Part shown: positions 14,313-27,320 of the stretch, piece by piece
Layout: every line of letters starts with the position of its first letter
Numbering within the stretch: position 1 is the stretch's first letter
Assembly: GCF_006345805.1 (NCBI RefSeq)
Contig: NC_043010.1
Location: forward strand, 3,534,001 to 3,598,000
Reading direction: 5' to 3'
DNA: 64,000 bases
Source of the DNA: Octopus sinensis
Taxonomy: Eukaryota
Notes under the pieces: generated by a model
Told to the model about the DNA's origin: nothing
Databases searched by the model: none
What the model saw: only the letters and a program-made list of their open reading frames with translations
Made by a program: the position numbers and the translations under genes

Positions 14313-14761
14313 ATATGCCTGTGTGTGTGTGTGTGTGTATATATATTTTTTTTTTCTCACATACACGCACACTTACATATACATACAAACATTCATACTT
14401 ACATAGATATAAACTCCAAGGCAACAGACAGTTCTCTTTATTTTGGCACTAAATCTGTTGTCATTTCTATTACAAAAATTCAAAATGGAATAATGTGAAA
14501 TGAATTTCCTCTACTATTGAGTCATGTGTTGCAATTGGAGTGTTTTGCATTTGTAGTAAGATACACCAATTTAACCCATAACTTTTTGTAAATGGGCAAA
14601 AGGTCTATCTTAGAAATAATTTTTCTACTAATTAAGGATTGAATTTGACTAAAAGAAGTATTTTGGATGAAAGTTGCAAGTAGAAATACTGTTTCCCTTA
14701 CTCAAAGCACTTGCACCAATGGTTTCTGTGTCTCCCCAGTTCCACACAGTGAATGGAACAT

Positions 14762-14910
14762 ATCATCATCATCATCATCATCGTTTAGCGTCCGTTTTCC
14801 ATGCTAGCATGGGTTGGACGGTTCTACTGGGGTCTGTGAAGCCAGAAGGCTTCATCAGGCCCAGTCAAATCTGGCAGTGTTTCTACGGCTGGATGCCCTT
14901 CCTAACGCCA
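14762..14910 (-). mobile_element. 3' end of RTE-type LINE with (GAT)n tail
   Basis: Matches the 3' UTR of the RTE element at 19858-21097. Confidence 0.85.
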
Positions 14911-16304
14911 ATTAATAGTATTAATGAAAATGTCTCCTACAAAGGTGGTGTGAATAAAGGTGGAATAGTATATTAGATTTCAAAAGAAAACAAAAAATAT
15001 GGCAATTGGAGCTTCCCACTTACAAGATAATGTCCCGCTTGCATTTGTACTACCATCCTGGAGTTAGGTATGCTTGAATTGTCTCTATAAAAATCCATTC
15101 CATACATATTAAAATCTGCTATATCCTGACACTAATTTACACAGTGAAAGTTCTATGTTAATAGAAAACTGAGGAAAATTCAGACAGCCTTTGAGTGTCA
15201 TATATATACTATCAGTTACACAGCATGACAGCAAAAAATCAGTCAAGACAACAATATCACATGGATTGGTAATGCTCACTTCTTGATAACCTTCCTTGCA
15301 AGCCCAGAATTGCTGGGTTAGCACTCCTCAGCAAAAACTTGGAAGTGAAAAATTCTGCATATTACAAAAAAAATTGTACATGGGTATTTTGAACTTGTGG
15401 CTGTTACATAAAGTCACATTTCAAAGGTAATGCTTTTGAAATTGAAGAGGCAGCAGATAGCAGTGAAATATCTGATGAACAAAAGAGATAGTGAAGCTCT
15501 TAAACCCTTCAGAAGCTGCTAAAACTGTTGATTAGGTCAGATTTCTATAGAAGATATTACACATAATAAGCAGGTGTTCCACGATCTAGAGATCCTGGCT
15601 CCCATTGTAGCAAGATGTTGCAGAAGCAAAACAACTCTAAACAGAGTAAAAAGTGCTCTGGTATAAATATAGAGAATAACTCTGGGGTTAAATACACGCA
15701 TAACACCAGAATGAACATTAGTGGAACAATCTCATTAAAATTTCTATGAAGCCTAAGCATAATAGCCTTGATATAGATATCTGGTAACTGGGATAGAAAA
15801 GAATCCTCTTGTACAATCATAGAGGTTAGCTGTCCTGCATATGTGAATATTTCTTCTAAAATCAATGAGAAGGAGAGTATTTATGGCCAATTACTTTGCG
15901 ATCTGTAACTTCTCTACCTGAGCTATAAATTCACATTCATAATTATTCATGCACTTGACTGCATTTGACTATCTTGTGAAACGTTTAAGTGGCAGTATGA
16001 AGAAAAATAAGGTTTGCAAGTGAAGTAAAATAAAAAAAAAAGGAAGCAGGTAAAACACAATTCACAAAAAACACCCTGAAAACAGAAATATATAAATATA
16101 CAAAACTTTTCTGAAGTTTTGCATATCCAAATTTCCAGTGATTCAAGTAGGAATAGGACGATAATCACACGCACATACACACACACACACACACACACCA
16201 CACACACATGCACGCACGCATGCCTGCACACACAGACACACACACACACACACACACACAATATACACACATACAACAAACAATACACACACACAATGCA
16301 CACT

Positions 16305-16614
16305 GCATGGCAAGAAGCTTGCTTCCCAATCACATGGTTTCAGGTTCAGTCCCACTGCGTGACACTTTCAGTAAATTTGGTAGATGGAAAGAAGCTCAAC
16401 ATATGTATGTATGTATATATGTATGTATGTGTGTGTCTTTGTGTTTGTCCCCCACCACAACTTGACAACCAGTGTTGGTGTGCTTACATCCTTGTAAGTA
16501 CCATGCTTTAAAAAAAAAAGATATAAATACTAGGGCTGATTCATTTGACTAAAAGTTCTTCAATGTGGTACCCTAAAATGGCTGCAGTCTGATAAATAAG
16601 TAAAAGATAAAAGA
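16305..16614 (+). mobile_element. SINE family A, internally deleted copy
   Basis: Head ggttcagtcccactgcgtg, internal (TG)n and AAAGA tail, as in 21851-22247. Confidence 0.8.
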
Positions 16615-16619
16615 TGCAC

Positions 16620-16920
16620 ATGGCTTAGTGAGTTTGATTCTCAAACCTGGCTGTGTGTTGTGTTCTTGAGCAAGACACTTTATTTCACATTGCTCCAGTT
16701 CACTCAGATGTAGAAATGCGTTGTGACATCACTGGTGCCAAGCTGTATCGGCCTTTGCCTTTCTCTTGGATAATGTCATTGGTATAGAGATAGTAAGCTG
16801 GTATGCATGGGAGACTGCTGGGCTTCCATAAACAACCTTGATGAGACTTGTGCCTTGGAGGGTAACTTTCTAGGTGCAATCCCATTGTCCTTCATGATCA
16901 ACAGAGGTCTTTACCTTTTA
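16620..16920 (+). mobile_element. Older SINE family D (core ttgtgttcttgagcaagacacttta...tgctccagttcactcag)
   Basis: A related inverted copy is at 25370-25625. Confidence 0.6.
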
Positions 16921-17557
16921 CCCTTTTATACACACACACACACACACATTCACACACATATAGGTAGTATCAGAAGTTTCCATAGAAAGTTAGAATTGAA
17001 AGAGGAACACTCTATATAGTCAACAGAATTACTCTCAGAATTCCTCTCCACTTCAGACTGTTCCAGACATGATTATGGGGTTAAAAATTTTGTTCCTTAA
17101 CTACATGGTTTTTGGGTTTCAGTCAAATTATGCAGTACCTTAAGCATCCATCATAATAGGACTTTACAAAATACAAAATGGATCATGATACAAAATGATA
17201 GCGAGACATCTGTACATCAACAGATTTAAGTGACAAAAGTTTGTACCACACTTTTCCAAGTCTCTTGATTGCAATAGTAGGTTCTAGTAACAAGCATTGC
17301 AAGATGACTGGTACTATTTTCCCTGCAAGTTTTATGTCAGCGTCTCTTTCTCCAAGAAGAGCTGCCTTCTTCATGGCTTTGTCAGAAATAACAGTTTAAT
17401 ATCCTGGGTATGACATCAAACTGCATGCAGTGGTGAGGCTCCATCTCTTGAGTATTGAGTCATCTCTTAATTACCATTATTACCAGGCCTGTTCTGACCT
17501 GGAATGGTAGTACCTATCAGGATCCCATCTATGGGTTAAATAGATTTTCTAGGGGTA

Positions 17558-17867
17558 GTGATACCAGTGTCGGTGGCACATAAGAGAGCCATCCGAACGT
17601 GGCTGTTGCCAGTGCCGCCCCGACTGGCCTCCGTGCTGGTGGCACGTAAAAAGCACCATTCGATCATGGCCATTGCCAGCCCCGTCTGGCACCTGTGCAG
17701 GTGGCACGTAAAAAGCACCCACTACACTCATGGAGTGGTTGGCGTTAGGAAGGGCATCCAGTCGTAGAAACATTGCCAGATCAGACTGGGCCTGGTGCAG
17801 CCTTCTGGCTTCTCAGACCCCAGTTGAACCGTCCAACCCATGCTAGCATGGAGAGTGGACGTTAAAC

Positions 17868-17897
<30 letters not shown>
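17558..17897 (+). mobile_element. RTE-type LINE 3' UTR with internal ~60-70 bp tandem units and (GAT)n tail
   Basis: Repeated gtggcacgtaaaaagcacc units; ends gttaaacgatgatgat. Confidence 0.85.
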
Positions 17898-17899
<2 letters not shown>

Positions 17900-18333
17900 A
17901 CATATACCTTTCTTTTATCGTAAGGAATGACTTATTTCCTATGATGCTAACTTCATAAATTAACTACAATTACTCTGTCATTCATTTCCTTTCCACCTTC
18001 TCTTCATCTGTCTTTATGATCCAAAATAAGTGTGTCAAATCTCTCTCTTTCTCTCTGCCTCACTCTAAATGATGTGAAATGTAGCTGGAGAAACCAACCA
18101 ACCAACCAAGATTATATAGGCTATTATTACTTTGATACGTTGTATGCATGTGTGTTTATGTGTGTATGTAAACACTTGTCCAGGTATGCATGTATATTAA
18201 TAGATAGATAGACAGATACATATCTTTACATAGTTAATTTTTTACAGTTCTTACAATTTTACTGGAATATATTCTACTTTGTGTATGTACAAATACTCCC
18301 AATTTTACAAGACTATATATTAGTGTGTGTGTG

Positions 18334-18371
<38 letters not shown>

Positions 18372-19826
18372 CGTACACACACACACCTTGTAACACGTGA
18401 TATGTATGTTCACCATTAGCCTGATAAAAAGATAAGCATGCATACACATAAGATCTTTTAGTATATATTTATTTTTTTTTTGCGGGGGGGGGGGGACTGT
18501 ATAAAATAATGGCCTATTTTCTTTTTGTTTTTTATTTTTCCTTCCTACCAGGAAGAACAATACTCACTTTTGACGAAATTTTATAGCTCTGTCTGAATAA
18601 ATGAATTAAAGATGTTTATCTGATGGTTGAATATACTGAGTCGAATATAAATTAACTGCTTTCAGCTTTACTATTCTCCTATATTGGAAAAGGAACAAAG
18701 AATATTTGGCTATATTAGAATGTGATCATATAGCTTGCATTCAGAACCAGTCATGCAATGAACAATTTGAAACAGAATAGACAATCGAAGAGTTACAGAG
18801 GGACTGAATAACCTTACAAGTAATCCAATACAGAAAGCAGAGTAGAATTTTATGCTACAAAGACTGATTTATTTATTTATTTATTTTTAGCCAATGATTT
18901 ATATCTTTGGAAAGGAAAGACTTAAAGAAGGCTTTGTTGGAGTTAAAAAGAATAAATTGGTCAGTATTTCTTTACAGAGAACAAATTAGTCATTTTAGTA
19001 GCTTTTATTGCGATACACAAATTTGTATGGATTTCCACACTTGGGAAGTTAATTTAGTCTTTCCTATGAAACCCATGATGGTGTCAGTTCTGACTATAAA
19101 TTAATGAGTTCACTGAATATATTCATTAGGTATTAATTATATTTAATTTGGAGATCTTTGTCTTATGATCTGAGAAAATGATTAGACTTAAAACAGTTTC
19201 TTTTGTTAGTTCCATTTTCCATTAATCAAGTATTTATTATACAAATGACTGAAACATATTCAGTTTGATAATTGAAAGATTCAAAGTGTTTTAAGAGCAA
19301 CAGACATCAATTTAATGTCATAGAGTCACTTTACTAGTTTTAAATTAACTATTTTCCACATAGTAAATCAACTAATCTGAGTATTGAATCAAATTCCATT
19401 TGAACAGAAATTGAAATATTGCAGTCTATTTTTAATTTTGTAAGATGAAATGTTGCTTTTGAATAAAATCTTTAATGTTAAATTGATTTACTATGAAGGT
19501 TTTTCTACTTATAAAATTCTCTTTATTATTTCAGAAATCATAACAATTATAAAATTCAAAATTGAGTTGTTTCAAACTAGATGTATATGCAGTTAATCAA
19601 TGTGAAAGTTTGTTGAGAAAAAATTCTTTTAGTGTGTATATATGTGTGTGTCTGTCAGTGTATATATATATCTACACACACATGCACACAAATATAAAGG
19701 TTTATATGTACTTGTATGTATATGCACATATATATGTATGTGTATATATGTATATGCATGTATATATATATATGCATATGCATGTGTATATATGTGTGGA
19801 TATATATAGATATGCATGTGTATATG

Positions 19827-19857
<31 letters not shown>

Positions 19858-19861
<4 letters not shown>

Positions 19862-21097
19862 TCATCATCATCATCGTTGTGTAATGTCCGCTTTCAATGC
19901 TGGCATGGGTTGGATGGTTTGACTGGGGACTGGCAAGCCAGAAGGCTGTACCAGGCTCTAGTCTGAGCTGGCAAGGTTTCTACAGCTGGATGCCCTTCCT
20001 AATGCCAAGCACTCCGAGTGTATAGTGGGTGCTTTTTTGCGCTGCCACCGGCATGAGGGCCAGTCGGGCATTACTGGCATTGACCATGCTTGAACAGTGC
20101 TTTTTACATGCCACTGGCACAGGAGCCAGTCAGGTGGCACTAACAATGATCACACTTGAATGGTATTTTTATGTGCCAATCAGACGGTACTGTCATCAGA
20201 CATGACAATGACTTCATTTGACACAACAGGTCTTCGCAAGCACAGTTTATTGCCCTCTGATTGAAGGGTACTCTTAAATGTGCTGGTTATGCTGCACTGG
20301 CATAGGCCACGGTTACACTCCCACTTGGCTTGCCAGGTCTTCTTAAGCACAGCATATCTCCAAAGGTCTCGGTCTCTTGTCATTGCCTCTGTGAAGCCCA
20401 ATGTTTGATGGTCGTGCTTCACCACCTCATCGCAGGTCTTCCTGGGTCTAACCTCTTCCACAGGTTCCCTCTACTGCTAGGGTGTGACACTTTTTCATGC
20501 AGCTGTCTTCATACATTCACAACACATGGCCATACCAGTGCAGTCGTCTCTCTTGCACACCACATCTGATGCTTCTTAGATCTACCTTTTCTCTCAGTTA
20601 GTATTACAAATATAAACCATAAGATCATTTGCATCACAGAACTACAGTGGCCTGGTTCCCTCCTCATTGTGGGAAGCAAAACCATAGCCTCCATGGAAGC
20701 CCCCTGCATGTTGTCCAACATGCCCATTGAAGTTGCCAGCCACAAAGAGTAGGTCCCAGTCATTCGTTGACGAGATAGCCTGCAAGAGGGTGTCATAAAA
20801 TCGGTCTGGCTGAGGGGCATAGGCCGAGATAATGGTTGCTAACCATGTTGCAGCACTAATTTAATCCTAAGTATTCTATCAAAGACTCTGACCTTAATTA
20901 CCTTATCAACCCATCTCTCCACTAGAAGTATACCCACGTCCCCCGAACCTGTCAGTGTTCCCTGCCCAGAAAATTTTATACCTATGTCCTTTGAGAAACC
21001 TAGCAGAACTTCCTCTCCACCTTACTACTTGGATGCAGCACAAATCTACATGTCTCCATTCAAGCATCTCAACAATTTCACCAGACCTACCTTCCAG
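19858..21097 (-). mobile_element. RTE-clade LINE lacking the RT domain: AP-endonuclease part joined to ORF C-terminus and 3' UTR
   Basis: Decayed translations GRSGEIVEMLEWRHVDLCCIQVVRWRG, ISAYAPQ, FVAGNFNGHVG and NEEGTR are followed directly by IRCGVQERRLHWYGHV and RPRKTCDEVVKHD..MTRDRDLWRYAV. (GAT)n tail at 19858-19875. Confidence 0.85.
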
Positions 21098-21653
21098 TTT
21101 GCTCTTCATTCCATAGAAGAAAAAATTCAAATTGGACCATGTTAAGACCAAAAATTATTTACATCGAAAAGGTGCTTTTTTTCTATGAAAATCCTTATTT
21201 TTTACGATTTTTTGACTGCTGTGTCACTATTTTTTGGTTGTATTTCAACCAGAAAAATGTTCACTTAAAGAGAATAACAAGCTACATAATGCAAAATTTT
21301 TACTTTTCAAAAAAGATTGAAACTATGTCAAAACTTTGTTAATGCAACATCAAAGTCTGCCGTTTTAAGTGCAAACTAAAAAACAAACCCAATGTAACGC
21401 AAGGCTATACTGCTAGTATATATGTATATGTCATCGTTTAATGTCCATTTTCCATGCTGGTGTGGGTTATATGTATATATATATATGCATATCTATATAT
21501 ATATATATAATATATATATATATATATAGATATAGATAGATAGATAGATATGTATATATATGTATATATATATAGATAGATATGAATATATATATATATA
21601 GATAGATATGTATATATATATTATATAAATATATATATATATGTATATATATG

Positions 21654-21708
<55 letters not shown>

Positions 21709-22306
21709 TATATGTATATATGTATATATATGTATATGTATATATATATATATGTGTATATATGTATAGATGTGTATATATGTATATATAAATATATGGA
21801 TATGTATATATATGTATATATATATATAGATATATATGGATATGTATATAGGCGCAGGAGTACCTGTGTGGTAAATAGCTTGCTTACCAACCACATGGTT
21901 CCGGGTTCATTCCCACTGCGTGACACCTTGGGCAATTGTCTTCTACTACAACCTTGGGCCAACCAAAGCCTTGTGAGTGGATTTGGTAGACGGAAACTGA
22001 AAGATGCCCATCATATATATGTATATGTGGGTGTATATGTTTGTGTGTCTGTGTTTGTCCCGCAGCATTGCTTGACAACTGATGGTGGTGTGTTTACTTC
22101 CCCGTAACTTAGCAGTTCAGCAAAAGAGACCAATAGTATAAGAACTAGGCTTCTAAAGAATAAGTCCTGGGGTCGATTTGCTGGACTAAAAGTGGTGCTC
22201 CAACATGGCTGCAGTCAAATGACTGAAACAAGTAAAAGAGTAAAAGAATATATATATATATAGATATGTATGTATATATACATTTATATATAGATATGTA
22301 TATGTA

Positions 22307-22347
<41 letters not shown>

Positions 22348-22707
22348 GTTTCGATCCTTTAGAATTGAAAAGTAAACTTGGCCAAACTTGGCCCAAGGTT
22401 GTAGTAGAAGACAATTGCCCAAGGTGTCACGCAGTGGGAATGAACCCGGAACCATGTGGTTGGTAAGCAAGCTACTTACCACACAGGTACTCCTGCGCCT
22501 ATATACATATCCATATATATGTAGCTTGTTATTCTCTTTAAGTGAACATTTTTCTGGTTGAAATACACCGAAAAATGGCGACACAGCAGTCAAAAAATCG
22601 TAAAAAATAGGCATTTTCATAGAAGAAAAGCACCTTTTTGATGTAAATATTTTTTGGTGTTAACATGGTCCGATTTGAATTTTTTCTTCTACGGAGGGAA
22701 GAGCAAA
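21098..22707. repeat. Large nested inverted repeat (arms 21098-21287 / 22519-22707 and 21830-21962 / 22388-22520)
   Basis: Manual reverse-complement alignment: outer arms about 92-93% identical; inner arms differ at 1 of about 133 nt. Confidence 0.9.
21851..22247 (+). mobile_element. SINE family A, full length (tRNA-derived head, internal (TA/TG)n, (GTAAAAGA)n tail)
   Basis: GGCGCAGGAG...TGGTAA A-box-like and GGTTCATTCCC B-box-like motifs; several copies in the window. Confidence 0.9.
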
Positions 22708-25369
22708 GCATTCTTCTATCATACTCTCAATTTTGGTCAACATGTGCCGCAGGGTCTCGGAGGCAATAGTGTTAGTTGAAGGCTACCAAACTTGCCATAC
22801 ACAGACAACTTAAGCTTTATATATATAGAGAGATATGAAATATAGAGGTTTAGTTCACAAGTGATCTAAACGATCAGGTATGCTAGGACTCCAAAGTTAT
22901 ACCTGCGACGGTAGTTGTGGCACCATTGCAGATTTCCGATATAGCCAATAATTGTTAAAGAGGATAACAAACGTTAAGGCAAGGCAAACATCTTAAATCA
23001 TATACATTATTATTATTTGAAAAATGGCTGTTTCTGGGATCACCCAGAGTAAGGCATTTTCTGTCATCAGGGATAAATAGGGAAAATGACGACACATAGA
23101 ACAGGAGTAAAGGGATAAGGAGATGAATTAAGAGATGAAAAAGGCAGCATAAATGTCCACAGATCAACTTTAAGCTCTTGTAAAAATAAGTCCATAAGTC
23201 CTGAGGTGCAATTGTGTAAATCCGTGTGGTTTAAAGTCCTGATATTGTAAACATCCAGAAAAAAACACGTGAACATATCAACGTTCAATAAGAGAATGTT
23301 AGTTGGGTGGCTATTAAATGGTAAAAAGAAAGAAAAGTAAATAAATAGAAAGAGAGGTAGATAGAGTGAGAGGAGAAGTTAAGGATTGACTTTAAGGATG
23401 CAATAAGGTATATAAACATATAGTGTCTAAGAATATAGTGTACAAAGATAGCCAAGAAAATAAGAATGAGGAGGAGGCAGAGCAAGAGAAAATGAAAAAA
23501 TAAACATGAATATATATATATGTGTGTTTGTGTGTGTGTAGTAGCCTCATTTGATGCAAGTTGTATTTTGTCATTGATTTACATTAATATACTTGTGGAT
23601 ACAAAATATACTAAATATTTTAAAAGTAAGTTTTAAAGATTATAAAAATGTATTTCACCTTTGTCTTAGAAGAGCAGTAAATAATTCTGAACATTAAAAG
23701 CATGGTAACAGGTCTAAAATTTCAACTGCTTCAATTAAACATTAAAATGCATTAGGATAATACAGAATCATTTTTTTACAGTAGAAGAAAGAGTATGTTT
23801 CGTTGGGTTTTTAAGTTACAAGGCTGACAAAACTATTTGATAAATTTTTGGAATAATTTTAAAAGCTTGGACCTTCTATTTTATAACATATTAGGTTACA
23901 AGTAATTTATTTTTATGAAATACGAACACCTAGAATGAATACATGTGCTTTGTTAAGTGATTCAGTTTTATCAATGGCGTTTCTTGGATCAATAAAGAAT
24001 TTAATATATGAGTATAAAAACAATGATTTATACTCCTAAGCTACTAAGAGCTTATTTCAACCTTTCTGTTTGGAACATAGCATTGGTTTGGTATTCTATG
24101 TTTCTTTCATTGAAAATTAGACTTTGGCATCCATTTCAGAATTTGTATCAAGTCTATTTGAAATGATAGATAAAATCTAAAATAATTGTTGTAGTAGAAT
24201 AAATTTTATTTAAATCAAATGAATTTGCAATATATACATTTTTGTTTTTTCCATCAGTGGGAATAATATGAAGCCGCTAGTTGTCAAAAAACAAAAACAT
24301 ATGCCAAGATCAAGATGCAGTGCTTCATCATATACAAATGTTTATATTGAGATCTAAAAGTTAAGATGAAGCAGCATATATTAATATTAATATAGTGGAA
24401 ATAAAAGAAATGTGGTTTTGGTGCACATTGAAGAGAACTAGACACGATATTTTATGATATCTACTTCTGATTTCATGGTTTGGTGATAAAATCCTGAAAT
24501 TACTGGCTTTGTCTTTCCTGGGTTGGTGGCTAAAATATATTCAATATTCTGAAAAAATGTGTAACAGGACACAGTTTGAGACATTCTATTTGAATCACAT
24601 TCATACATTAATAATAATTAAGTTTCCACTACTCATATAACAGCTTCTACTCCTTAAAGATAGCTGGGCACATTTTTTCACTCAAGCATTTCCAACCCGC
24701 TTGTCTCTCCTACTCTCATCAGCCTTGTTATCTTTCCACCAAGTCCTGCAGTATTCACTCTGTCCAGTCCTTCCTCACTAGAACATCTTTCCTCTAGAGT
24801 CTCACAGACATTGTGAGAGTACATGTGAGAGCACACTGTCTTCTGCTGACCCAGCAAATCAAAAATTCAAATTAAAAAAAAAAAAAAGAACTGGAAGTTG
24901 TGAATTGATAACTGGTAAATTTAAGAAAAATGAACTCTATCAAAATGTAATATGTAAGGTATCATGAATCACTGTTAATTTTGTGAGAATGTGAGAATAT
25001 AAGAGTAATAGAGTGGGTATAAACATAGTAAATAGAAAGCTATATTTCATAACTTAAGTTTGCTTGAATATGAATTGTAGTTATTGTGGTTTGTATCTTC
25101 ATTAGTGCTAATTTCTTTTATATCTGTAAATCTGTAATATTTTGGAGTTTTCAAGTACTACATAACTTAAGTGTAATGATATCTGTAAAGCTATAATTAA
25201 ATTATGTAACTTAAAGAATATATTAAATGTTATAAAGTTAAATGGAATTGAAATATCAATCACTGCAAAAGTATAGTAACAATGGAGAGTTAATTTACTA
25301 TATAAATTTGTAGCTAGCCCTCATATGCAAGTATGTATGGTTTGGTTTCACTAATTGTTTTAGGTGCCA

Positions 25370-25625
25370 ACGTATCATCATCAAGCATTCGCACCCTCTT
25401 TGTCCTCTCACCCTTGACTCAGAGCAACATACTAGATATGAAAGCTGGAGGGAGAGAAGGTTGTATTTGTTGTCTGGCTGATACTCATTACTGTTGAGTA
25501 AACTGGAGTAATATGAAATGAAGAGTCTTGCTCAAGGATACAATGCACTGTCCAGTCTAAGAAGTGAACCCATAATCTTATGATTGTAAAGTAAACATCC
25601 TAACTACTGAGTCACACACTTGCAC
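25370..25625 (-). mobile_element. SINE family D, degenerate
   Basis: cttgctcaaggatacaatgc core and a tRNA-like head at the right end. Confidence 0.55.
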
Positions 25626-27050
25626 AATTTACCATATAGGGTTAAATTGTTTACTTTTGTTATCTCCTGTAATTCAAAATTAAGAGATGATTTAACTGTT
25701 GCAGTTACATCCCAGAGTCAAAGCATCACTGAAATTGTCTGCTTCCTTCAGTGTTGAGAAAATAGTGAACAGTGAGTGTAACAAATAAATAAGGTGTGGT
25801 GAGGGAGAGTGACATAAGGTTTAAGTTTTGAAATAAAGAAATGAGCAAATATTAAACTACTGTGAGTAGTTTATTTACTGCATGATAAACTTTATCCTTA
25901 TTAGATGATAGAAGACGTGAACAAATATTGTAAATGTTATACATGCACATACTTATAAATTCTGATGCTTAATATATAATATACAATTCTCAGAGATGTC
26001 CTACAGATAGACTGTAATCAGTTAATGAGAAAATTAATACAACCATCCTGAAATATGAAACATACAAATTCAATGGTTCCATATAGTGAAATTTTCATGG
26101 CAATATTATGTGTATGTATAGAAGTACATATTTGTAGTTGTGCAAATGTGTGAGTATATGCAAAACATGTGCACGTATGTGTGTGTGTGTGTGTGTGTGT
26201 ATGTACATACATATACATATATATATATGTATGTAAACATACATACATATATGTATATGTATGTGTATATATATATATTTGTATAAGTGCAAGCAGATAT
26301 AAGTGCATGCTTAGACACACACACACACACACACACACATTCAGGAAGTAAATCCACAGCCTAATGATTGTAAAGCAAACATCCTCACCACTGAGCCACA
26401 TGCTTTTACAATTTACCATACAGTGTCAGATTGTTTTCTTTTGCTATATCCAGTATATATCCAAAATTGAGAAATAATTTAACTGTTGCAGGTACATCCC
26501 AGAGTCAAAGCATCACTGAAATTGTCTGCTAGCTTCAGTGTTGAGAAAATGGCAAATAGTAAGTGTAACAAGTGGATAAGGTGTGGTGGGGGAGAGTAGC
26601 ATAAGGTTTAAGTTTTGAAATAAAGAAATGAGAAAATATTAAATTGCTGTGAGTAGATTATTTACTGCATGATAAACTTTTATCTTAATAAGCGTTTTCA
26701 AATATTGGATGATAGAAAATATGAATGAATGTTTTAAATGTTATATATGCACATACATACAAATTCTGTTGCATACTATACAATTCACAGTTATCAGACA
26801 TGACCTACTGATAGACTGAAAACTATTATCTTTTACATTATACTTTTTACTCACTTCAGTCATTAGACAACAGCCATTCTGGGACACCACCTTGAAGAAG
26901 AAGTTTTAGCTGAATGAATTGATCCCAGTAGTCTTTTTTTCTTAAGCCTGGTCCTTATTCTGTCTGTGCTTTTGCCGAACCACTAAGTTACAAGGACATA
27001 AACACACTAACATTGGTTAGCAAGTGGTGATAGGGATCACACATACAAAG

Positions 27051-27082
<32 letters not shown>

Positions 27083-27320
27083 TATATACATATATGACAA
27101 GCTTCTTTTCAGTTTCTGTCTACCAAATCTACTCACAAGGCTTTGGTTAGCCTGAGGCTATAGTAGAAGATACTTGCTCAAGGTGCCACACAGTAGGACT
27201 GAAACCAGAACCATATGATTGGGAGGCAGACATGTGCTTATTAATGAGAAAACTAATAAAATCATCCTGAAATATATACATACATGAAAACTTACACACC
27301 ATGCAGTGAAATTTTCTTGG
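25580..27320. repeat. Tandem segmental duplication (unit about 785 bp); second unit interrupted by a SINE A
   Basis: 25625-26110 aligns to 26410-26820 plus 27238-27320, about 80-90% identical by eye. Confidence 0.85.
26829..27230 (-). mobile_element. SINE family A, degenerate
   Basis: Reverse complement of the family A consensus seen at 21851-22247. Confidence 0.8.

Noticed and set aside
15557-15865. 102-aa minus-strand ORF
   Set aside because: No motif recognised and no convincing splice sites; possibly decayed TE sequence.
17558-17720. Regularly spaced direct repeats superficially like a CRISPR array (also 42894-43110)
   Set aside because: The spacers are homologous to each other, the array is part of an RTE 3' UTR, the context is eukaryotic, and there are no cas genes.
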